From: Lingula anatina
Lineage: Eukaryota > Animalia > Brachiopoda
NCBI GenBank assembly: GCA_051362555.1
Contig: CM120644.1
Location: forward strand, 18,126,534-18,190,533
Length of the DNA stretch: 64,000 nucleotides
Direction of reading: 5' to 3'
Below, piece after piece: positions 55,093 through 64,000 of this stretch (its first letter is position 1; every line of letters starts with the position of its first letter). The translations under genes were made by a program, and so were the position numbers. The notes beneath the pieces were generated by a model, which was not told the DNA's origin, searched no databases, and saw nothing but the letters and a program-made list of their open reading frames with translations.

Positions 55093-55539
55093 TCTTATGA
55101 ACCCTGTATTTTAAAGGTCTCTAAAAGTAAAAACATGCTAAAACTATATTCAGCAGTATTCATCGAGACATACAAGTTAACAAAAAATATTCTTGATTTT
55201 CTTTGCATACATAGGAACCTAGATAAGCAATCTTCAATCAACAATAAAACAGCGTCTGTATTTTTGTTAGGCCTACATGTGGCACACAGACAGTGCAATA
55301 TCATATGGTTTGTGTCGTAAACACATTTCGGAGCTCAGTCGCTCAACTGAAATTCCAATGTTCGTGAACACTGAATCGTCAAGCTGTCGAAATGACTTAA
55401 GTTTTGCTACCTTCGATACAGATTATATCCCTCAATATATAATTCTATTTAACTCTACTTACCAGATGTCTGTTATTTCTCTTAGAACACAATCTTTAAA
55501 TACAATCATTTCACAGTATTGTCGGGATGAACATTATCA

Positions 55540-55562
55540 GTCACGCGTGTCCCCTATTCGAC
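55540..55562 (-). promoter_or_regulatory. Conserved upstream motif GTCACGCGT(G/T)TCCCCTATTCGAC, shared by all four EF-hand paralogs (also 44476-44502, 46743-46764, 58513-58535)
   Basis: The motif lies ~80-115 nt from a conserved CTG|GTAAG donor (44377, 46637, 55462, 58399) of a putative non-coding first exon in each copy. Confidence 0.6.
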
Positions 55563-55700
55563 ATGTTACCAAACCCTCTGACACCTCCATTTTTAAAAAC
55601 ATCATTTGTACCACTGGATGTAAACATCAAACTACATTTAATACGGGCTATAAGACAAAATAGGACATCCGTTGAAAACCGTTAAAGTCGATTGTCTGTT

Positions 55701-55736
<36 letters not shown>

Positions 55737-57041
55737 CTAGTAATTGAATTTCTTAATGATCTGCCCACTCTACTCCCTAACAGTCTCAAAACATTCACTG
55801 CAGTCAATCATACTAATATTATCTAATATAATTGATTGTATTTTGGTGATGAAAATGATGATTTATGTTGCATGTCGCTTACATTCGTTAGATACTTCTT
55901 TACCTGTCGTAAGCGGATGTCGGCTTTATTTATTGTTATTTCCTAATAAAATTAATTGTTATACGGGCTACCAAGTGTAGAAATGCGTTATTCACCAAAT
56001 TACTTCTAATGTTGGAATTTATGGATTCTTCGACGTCATTAGTCGCCAAATTTTGGGTAAAAGAAATAATGCCACTCATCCATCACAACTTAAAATGTTC
56101 GCTATTTCATGATCACAAAATGTGCTTTATCAATTGAAATGTGTTCTTCAAAAGCAATTAATAAGGTCGGCGGGAACCACACAAAAACAAATAGGATAAA
56201 TGCAGGATCGAAAAGTATATTGTAACTTGTCTGTATATTCGGTCGGCTGAGTAGGGACGTCAGTTTTTTGTATTTGTGTAAATAATCGGTCTTCAGTCGC
56301 GAGCTGCTTTATTGTTCAACAGCTTTCCACGCCCAGTGGAATATGTAATGTGTAGGATATTGTCGGAAGATAACCACCGTTTCAATTTTGCCCGCTATCT
56401 GTTGGATTATTCTATTTGGGGTATCACATACATGTCACATCAAACCAAACATCATACTGCCAGTATATCTCGCCTGTAAAAATGTATGTAAAAGATATTT
56501 TATGATTGTTATACATGTACTAGAGTAGTAGTTATGGCAAGGCGTTCATGTTTCATGCATCAACAGCATTTGTACAGTAACTATGATCGTAAGGTGTAAT
56601 CGTATATGAACATCAAAATCTCTAAATAAACCCAAATGAAGAGAAATGTATAGCGAAAGACACGGACGGTCAAACCGGTTGATTCATTTGTTTATTCTAA
56701 ATAAGATATTCATGTATATGATAACCAAGCATAGAGTAGAGCCTTGGTTAAAATGCAACCTACCGGTAGGTATACCTTATCTTTACCTGCCCGGCATTGT
56801 TCCGAGGAAAATTAACTTATGGGGAAAAATGAACTGATTTAAAATGTTGCAACTGATATTCTTCTTTCGGACAAACTACCAATACCTAGCGCACCTGTTA
56901 AAACACTACATAACAACAACGCACCCAAATGCAAAAAGGCAAAAACAAATTGAGTGAATCAGAGTTTTTAAATTCAAAAGGTAAAATGTAATCTAAAAGG
57001 CCAGTCCTGAATAATATAGGTACGTCTTTACCATCGCTGGC

Positions 57042-58094
57042 TTAATAACGAGTACCGAAAAAGACATCAGAGGGGTTGGGCTCTTGACCAGCCCAAAAGT
57101 CCTCAGAAGCGTCTATGAACTCGTTGGTATCAATCACACCATCCTTATTCCAATCAATGGCATCAAATATATCTTGAACCTTACCAGTGTTACGGAAAAT
57201 AGCAAGAAAGTTGGAATACTCATCTACCGTCAATTTGCTATCGCAGTCACGATCAATCACGTCAAGCCAATCTCTTGCGAGTTTGACGTTCTCTTTTCTC
57301 GTATTAAGGAGTTCAATTTCGTCAGTCCGAAGCCAATCTTGAAATGTGATGGATTTTGAATAGTTGGTGTATTCATTGGACCACCATAGATGAAAGGCTC
57401 TGTACAGTATACCATTCACCGCCTTGGCCCTCCAAGATGGGAGAACTTGTTCAGCTCGCTCTGTTGTTGAATCGATGAATTCCTTCGCAGTTACCATGCC
57501 ACTTTCATCAACGTCCATGATATTAAAGAATTGTTTGTACTTGAAAATCCAGTGCGCACTGAAGTTCCCTTTGGGGCTCTGAAGTTGACAAAAAATCTAT
57601 AAAGCAATCATTACGAGAACAAAACATTCCCTATTATATACTCAATTTTTGTTTGTTTCTTTAGCCGTCCCTTACCACTTAATCACTGTGCCAATAAACA
57701 CCAATGACCAAGTGATTCGCGTGGTTTCTAGCCGTTTACTCTTGTCACATTATCCGCTTATGTTAATCCTCCGCTATTATCCTGTTATATGATGGGTTCT
57801 ACAGTACTACACTGAAGTATCATTCATAATTTTATAGGTGTTACAAAATGTACTCTGTGTTTCTTATAACATATTTAACCCCTGTCCTTTAACTGTCACA
57901 CTTTATTGTCCCTTTGCTGTTTACAGTAGCCCTTTATAATTCTTGTACACACCCGATTTAGAGTAGTCTAGTATATTAAAATATTCAAAAGAAAATAACA
58001 ACTTTGTTTCTGGACCTACCTTTACCATCTTCAAAGAGCAGAAAGTTTCAACGACCATAAGAAGGAGCAGAACTTTCAAATTGTTTGAGAACAT
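57042..58094 (-). CDS. Secreted EF-hand protein, SCP/CBP/aequorin superfamily, copy 4 (~203 aa)
   Basis: Exon 58094-58020 encodes MFSNNLKVLLLLMVVETFCSLKMVK (donor GTAGGT). Exon 57578-57042 (acceptor ttcag) encodes SPKGNFSAHWIFKYKQFFNIMDVDESGMVTAKE...DRDCDSKLTVDE...DWNKDGVIDTNE...FFGTRY. Closest to copy 3. Confidence 0.87.
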
Positions 58095-59698
58095 TGTTAT
58101 GAGCCTTTTATTGTTAATGTCTCTAAAACAAAAGTAACAACCTGCTGAAACTATATTCAACAATATTCAGCCAGAAATATATATTCATATAACATATTCT
58201 TGCTTTACTTTGCATACATAGGGACCTAGATATGCAATCTACAATCAACAATAAAACCTGTGTCTGTATTTTTGTTAGGCCTACATGTGGCAACCTTTAC
58301 AGCACACAGGCAGTGTTATATCATATGGTATGTATCATGAACACATTTTGGAGACTCTTTCCCTCAATATGTAATTCTATTCTATTTAGCTTTACTTACC
58401 AGATGTCTGTTGCTTCTCTTATAGAGCCCAGTCTTATGTAATGTCTTGTTGAAGTAAGCGTAATGCATTTAAATACGATCATTTCGCAGTATTGTCGGAA
58501 AGAACATTATCAGTCACGCGTGTCCCCTATTCAACATGTAACCAGTACCTTACACCTCTATTTTTAAAAGCAAACATTTGTATCACTTGATGTAAACATA
58601 AAATTGCATTTAATACAGGCTATGAGACAAAATAGGACATCCTGTTGTCCAACATTTGAAAATCGTTAAAGTAGATTGTCTCTTTGGTGAGAGAGAGAGA
58701 AAGAGAGAGAGAGATGCTAGTAGTTGAATTTCTTAATGATGGGCCTACACCACTTCTTTACAATGTCCAAACATTCACTGCAATCAATCATACTAATTGT
58801 ATCCAATATAATTGATTGTATTGTGGTGATGAAAACGATGCTTTATGTCGCATGTTGCTTATATTTGGCAGACACTTCTTACATTTGGCAGACACTTCTA
58901 TAAGCGGCTGTTGGCTTTATTCATTTTTATTTTCCTAATAAAATTTGTTGTTATACAGGCTACCAAGTGTAGACATGCGTTATTTACCGTGTTACTTCTA
59001 ATGCTTGGATTTATGGATTATTCGAAACCATTAGTCGGCAAATTTTGGGTTAAGGAAATAACCATGCTATTCGTCCATTACGACTAAAATGTTCACTATT
59101 GCTTGATCAAAAATATGCTTTATCAATTGAAATGTGTTCATCAAAGGCAAATAATTAGGTCGGCAGAAACCACACAAAAACAAATAGGATAAATACAGGA
59201 TCGACAAGTGATGCTCCTCGATATATTGTATCTGGTCTGGCTATTCGGTCGGCTGAGTAGGGACGCCCCTTTTGTGTATTTGTGTAAATAAAAGGCCTCC
59301 AGTCGCGAACTGCTTTATTGTTCAACAAGTTGACACGCGCAGTGGAATATGCAATGTATAGAACATTGTTGGATGATCACCACCGTTTCAATTTGCGCCA
59401 TATCTGTTGGATTATTCGATTTGGGGTGTCACTTACTTACATGTTACATCAAAGTAAACATCATACTGCAAAGTATATCACGCCCCTCTAAATTTATGTA
59501 TAACAAACTTTATGATTAATATACATGTACTAGAGTAGTAGTGGCTCTCGTGGCAAAGAGTCCATGCATCAACATTATTTGTAAAATAACCATGATCCTA
59601 AGGATATACAGCCGGATATGTACACGAAAATCTCTAAATAAACAGGGTTACTACTTATTATGAAATGTTATTTTTGGGAGAATACATTTTCTACAAAA

Positions 59699-62600
59699 TT
59701 TTTTTTTTTTTTTTTTTAATTTTTTTTATTACCCATTTTACAGAGGAATGCCATTGAACATAACAATTTTTACATTAAATCCTGAAATATTAATGAGACA
59801 ATATGCAAATTTCTATGTCCTAGAGTATTGTACCTCCTCTTACAAATCTTAAGTATTTTATAAACAAGAAAGTCAGGTTAATGAAGTCTAGTATTTTTGA
59901 AATCAATAAATCATAGCAATCAATAAATATCTATATAAAGGTATACAAAACAGATTTGTTCAAAGTGAGTGTGCAGGAAGGAAGAATGATGATTAAAACT
60001 AATATGAATTACGTATACTTTTCTTTCAGTATTTAAATCAGCAAAAACAAAAACATCACAGCACCTCTATAAAGTGGGTTTATATATAAACACATATTGA
60101 CATGGACAAGACATAGGACACCTTTCACTCACTCATTCATTCATATAGTAACAAGTCATTAATATACATGTATTAATTATATTTCCAAAGTTATGTGATT
60201 CAAATATAGCCCCCACTTTTTTTCAAATTTTTGAAGACAATTATTTCTCTGAGAAATTTGTTTTTCTACTTTGCAATAATATTGTATTTCAAATTTCAAA
60301 CTATCCAGGCATGGCAGATTCTTTCTCATTTTTTGTTTATAAATATGTAATCTTGCTAATGCAATAAACAGATTTAGCAGTTTATACTTTTTCCCAATTT
60401 TTCCAAAAATAATATCTACTGGACTAAGATCTATATTGAATTGATGTAATTCACTTATCCATCCACAAAAAGATGTCCAGAAGGTATTAACATAATCACA
60501 TGCTACAAAAAGATGGAGCAATGACTCTATCTCTACATTACAAAAGTCACATTTGTCCTCATTTACCAACCTAATTTTTTTTAGATAGCAATTTGTACTC
60601 AATATCCGATGAATAAGTCTATAATGGAACCATCTTAGCTTTACATCAATTGTGACAAAGAAAATAGATGAATAATATTTTTTCCATAGTTCGTTATCTG
60701 CCGTGAAATTAAGATCTCTTTCCCATTTATATTCACTTGACAATTTCGATTGAGTTGTCGATAAAAAAACATTGTAAAATTCTTTTGCTCCTTTCTTACT
60801 TTTATTCAGCCAGTAAAATAATATTGGTTGAGAAGGCAGTTGTTGCAAAGAGTTTATGATAGAATTAATAGTCCATTCACTCAAAATAGCATTTCTTAAA
60901 CCCATAAAAATTGTAAAGGCCGGTCTGAAGTTGTATTTAATACAGAATTCGTCATAGGATAGAAAGTTTCCATCTTCCTTTATCAAATCCTGAATGACCA
61001 TTATCCTTTTCCTTATCCACGTTTTATACAAAATAGGTTTATTTTCAATTCTAATCCTGAAATTCAACCATAAAGGGTTCTGAGAACATACATTTAAATC
61101 ATCATCGATAATTGTTTTAAATTCATACAATGCCATAAGAGCATCTTTCCAAAAATTATTATTATTAATATTTGCAAATTCTTTTAGATTCCAGTTTCCA
61201 TACACTAAAAAAGTCTCACAAAAGTTTGGCATCATTGACTTTAAAACTAATTTTTTCCAAGAGGAGTCACCTTCCAACAATCTTCTAAACCATGTAATTT
61301 TCATAGATTTTAGGAAGAAAGATAAATGTGGCATTTTCAGTCCCCCATGACAATAATCTTGCACAATCGTATTCCTTGATACCCTGTCATTTTTATTGTT
61401 CCAAATGAATTTGAAAAATAGCTTTTCTAAGGATTTAATAATTTCAGCTGATGGATTGGGCAAACTTAGAAAATAATGGATGAGTTTGGGGATTAATATT
61501 GTTTTAACTACTGTAATTCTCCCTATCACTGTAAGCATGCGCTTAGACCAATATGAAATGAGTTTCTTTATTTCTTCGATTTTGCCCTTATAATTTAAAG
61601 TAATCATATCTTTTAAGTTGAGACTAAAGACAACTCCAAGAACAGTGAAAGGTTCTGAAGTCCAGGATATATTATATTCTGGACATAGTTTTTCTGAATT
61701 GTTTATTTTACTTCCAATCCAAATACACTGTGTCTTCTCAATATTTGGCATAAGGCCAGAAAACTTTGAGTACTGCTGTATAATATTTAAACATGACTTT
61801 AGCGAATTTTCATTGCCATCCAATAATATAACCGTATCATCGGCATATTGCATAATTTTGTATGATTCATCCCCTAGATCAATACCTTTTATATCCGCCT
61901 GATTCCGAATCATTATACCCATGATTTCAGCACACAACAAAAACAAGTACGGTGAGATTGGGTCACCCTGGCGGCAGCCTCGTCCTATGTTAAAAAATTT
62001 ACTAAATATTCCATTTTGAATAACACAAAGTTCAAATCCATTAAAAATCAGCTCTATCCACTTTTTGTATTTTGGCCCAAAATTAAAGAAGTCTAGTGTT
62101 TTAAAAAGAAATTTCCATGAAACAGAATCGAATGCCTTTTGAAAATCAACCAATAAAACCATCCCTGGGATATTATTTTCTTCTGTAAACTGCAAAATAT
62201 CATAAAGTAGTCTAGTATTCTCACCAATATATCTTCCTGAAATAAATCCTTTTTGGTTTTCGTGTATCAAATCATCTAAGACTGTTTTGATTTTATTTGC
62301 TAAGACTCCTGCCAGTATTTTATATGTTATATTAAGCAGGGAAATTGGTCGCCAGTTCCTGAGGTATTCCCTGGGCTTATCCCCTTTGGGTAGTATAGAT
62401 ATTATCCCTTGTTTTTGTGATATTGACAGATGACCTATATCAAAGCTATGCAAATAAGACCTGTATAGAAAAAATCTAATGTCATTCCAGAAGAACTTAA
62501 AAAATTCAGCTGTAAACCCATCAGGGCCTGGTGACTTATCATTACTCATTTTATGGAGAGATTTATGTATATCATCTAGTGTTATATCTTCATCTAAAGC

Positions 62601-64000
62601 TTGCCTTTGGTTATCCCTTAATGTTGGAATATTTAAATCTTGAAACATTTCATACAAGTTAACATCGTCTAGATTATCATCCTGTGATCGATATAAATCT
62701 TTGTAGAAAGTTTCGATTTCTCCTAATATTAATTTCTGATCATTTATTTCCTGTCCATCTGTGTTTATCAATTTACGTATGTTTTTATTTATATAATTTC
62801 TCTTTTCTAAACTACAGAAATATTTTGTTGCCTTTTCTCCATCTTCAATCCATTTTGATCTACTACGTAATAAAAGTCCTTTCAGTTCATTTTTTCTTAT
62901 TTCTTCCAGTTGTAATTGTAAATCACTCTTCACTTCCATCAACGTTTCACTATGATCGAAATCTGTTAACTCTTGTATGATTTTTATTTGATTTTCTATA
63001 GATTTTTTAATTTTCGATGATTCTCTTTTCTTTTTAGAACAGTAGGAAATAGTCATACCTCTAATGTTCATTAATAACATTTCTAAAAACATTGCATCAT
63101 CACAAGAAAAACATAATTCCATCTCCGAGATGCTATTAATGGCATCCAAATTATATGGTAGAAGGGCATAATCCTTTTTTGTTTCCTCTATTACTTGTTT
63201 TACCTTTTTGACATATTCCAAATCTTTCAAGACCGAGTTATTAAACCTCCAAAAACCTGCTCCTTTTGTCTGTTCATTTATTTGCACCTCTAATGAAATA
63301 TAAGCATGATCTGTTCTATATCCAGGATTTATCTCTGCCTTTTGTACCAAGTTCATGATCTCTCTAGTTATAAGAAAATAGTCTAATCTTGCTTTTTTGG
63401 TAGGATTTCTCCTAAACCATGTATATCGTTTAGTATTATGATTTTTTATTCTCCATGGATCAACTAGGTTATGTTTACTTTTCAAATCATGCATAGCTTC
63501 TCTGGCCCTGGGATTATTTACATTATCTGAATAGTTAAATGTGTCTAAGTTAACATCTTGAGTCATATTCCAATCTCCGCATATTATATTAAAATCCGTG
63601 TCATAATTCTCTAAATCTGATGCAAGCTTAGAGAAGAAATTTGGAGAGTCACTATTTGGTCCGTAAATATTTACAAGATTCACCTCAAAATTTTTTTCAA
63701 TATTCATTCTTAACGAAATAAAATTACCGATATTATCAGTTTGCACACTTTGTACTTTATATTCTATTTTGTTGTTTAAAAGAACTGCGACACCTCTCGA
63801 GTCAGTCCTACCAGGACTTATAAAACATTCATAGCCCCACTGACTTCTTACATATGCATAATCTTTCTCTGAGAAATGTGTGTCTTGAAGGCAATAAATA
63901 TCAAATTGTTTTTCTCTCAAGAATTTGAACACGTCTTTCCTCTTTTTAACATCCTGGAGGCCTCTACAGTTCATTGACATTATTTTAAGATTATCCATTA
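59699..64000 (-). mobile_element. L1/Tx1-clade LINE (3' UTR, AATAAA and poly(A) tail at ~59730-59699; 5' part lies outside the window)
   Basis: Intact ORF2, a ~450-nt 3' UTR, then AATAAA immediately followed by an A-run on the minus strand. Confidence 0.9.
60177..63998 (-). CDS. Non-LTR retrotransposon ORF2 (APE endonuclease + reverse transcriptase + C-terminal CCHC), L1/Tx1 clade, intact 1273 aa
   Basis: N-terminal MSMNCRGL, CLQDTH, GDWN, RLDYFL, TDH (APE). KSPGPDGF, WRPISLLN, DFQKAFD, QGDPISPYLF, YADD (RT). CDFC..ESLLHLFVAC zinc knuckle. Confidence 0.96.
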   Translation of the reverse strand: MDNLKIMSMNCRGLQDVKKRKDVFKFLREKQFDIYCLQDTHFSEKDYAYVRSQWGYECFISPGRTDSRGVAVLLNNKIEYKVQSVQTDNIGNFISLRMNIEKNFEVNLVNIYGPNSDSPNFFSKLASDLENYDTDFNIICGDWNMTQDVNLDTFNYSDNVNNPRAREAMHDLKSKHNLVDPWRIKNHNTKRYTWFRRNPTKKARLDYFLITREIMNLVQKAEINPGYRTDHAYISLEVQINEQTKGAGFWRFNNSVLKDLEYVKKVKQVIEETKKDYALLPYNLDAINSISEMELCFSCDDAMFLEMLLMNIRGMTISYCSKKKRESSKIKKSIENQIKIIQELTDFDHSETLMEVKSDLQLQLEEIRKNELKGLLLRSRSKWIEDGEKATKYFCSLEKRNYINKNIRKLINTDGQEINDQKLILGEIETFYKDLYRSQDDNLDDVNLYEMFQDLNIPTLRDNQRQALDEDITLDDIHKSLHKMSNDKSPGPDGFTAEFFKFFWNDIRFFLYRSYLHSFDIGHLSISQKQGIISILPKGDKPREYLRNWRPISLLNITYKILAGVLANKIKTVLDDLIHENQKGFISGRYIGENTRLLYDILQFTEENNIPGMVLLVDFQKAFDSVSWKFLFKTLDFFNFGPKYKKWIELIFNGFELCVIQNGIFSKFFNIGRGCRQGDPISPYLFLLCAEIMGIMIRNQADIKGIDLGDESYKIMQYADDTVILLDGNENSLKSCLNIIQQYSKFSGLMPNIEKTQCIWIGSKINNSEKLCPEYNISWTSEPFTVLGVVFSLNLKDMITLNYKGKIEEIKKLISYWSKRMLTVIGRITVVKTILIPKLIHYFLSLPNPSAEIIKSLEKLFFKFIWNNKNDRVSRNTIVQDYCHGGLKMPHLSFFLKSMKITWFRRLLEGDSSWKKLVLKSMMPNFCETFLVYGNWNLKEFANINNNNFWKDALMALYEFKTIIDDDLNVCSQNPLWLNFRIRIENKPILYKTWIRKRIMVIQDLIKEDGNFLSYDEFCIKYNFRPAFTIFMGLRNAILSEWTINSIINSLQQLPSQPILFYWLNKSKKGAKEFYNVFLSTTQSKLSSEYKWERDLNFTADNELWKKYYSSIFFVTIDVKLRWFHYRLIHRILSTNCYLKKIRLVNEDKCDFCNVEIESLLHLFVACDYVNTFWTSFCGWISELHQFNIDLSPVDIIFGKIGKKYKLLNLFIALARLHIYKQKMRKNLPCLDSLKFEIQYYCKVEKQISQRNNCLQKFEKKWGLYLNHITLEI

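Larger units (their letters stand above)
54790..59643. repeat. ~3.0-kb tandem segmental duplication unit (54790-56640 vs 57790-59643; 47575-48170 vs 56455-57045)
   Basis: Collinear non-coding similarity around EF-hand copies 3 and 4; their signal exons are 3002 nt apart. Confidence 0.85.

Noticed and set aside
39865-58094. Calling the EF-hand genes true aequorin/obelin photoproteins
   Set aside because: Fold resemblance only. The C-terminal Pro and clear equivalents of the photoprotein His/Trp/Tyr triads are not evident, and SCP/CBP is an equally good or better match.

Overview
AT-rich, microsatellite- and MITE-rich animal genomic DNA, most likely from a marine invertebrate (lophotrochozoan-like; taxon not determinable from sequence alone). 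The left ~33 kb is essentially non-coding: SSRs, several MITE families, and a few candidate exons or promoters. The right half carries five minus-strand, spliced genes that all appear to encode secreted proteins. One is a 5-exon AA15-type lytic polysaccharide monooxygenase (His-brace LPMO, Thr-rich linker, 6-Cys C-terminal module; 33942-36770). The other four form a tandem array of paralogous EF-hand proteins of the sarcoplasmic Ca-binding protein / coelenterazine-binding protein / aequorin superfamily (39865-58094). Unusually for this normally cytosolic family, each copy has its own 75-nt signal-peptide exon that the ORF track misses. The copies also share a single Cys in EF-loop III, a WWSNE motif and a conserved upstream non-coding motif. 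The intron of copy 3 holds a ~4.8-kb Helentron-type non-autonomous element with a 146-bp higher-order satellite carrying ~24 perfect DR1 (AGGTCAaAGGTCA) sites, plus a young 604-bp TIR element. The window ends in an intact 1273-aa L1/Tx1-clade ORF2.
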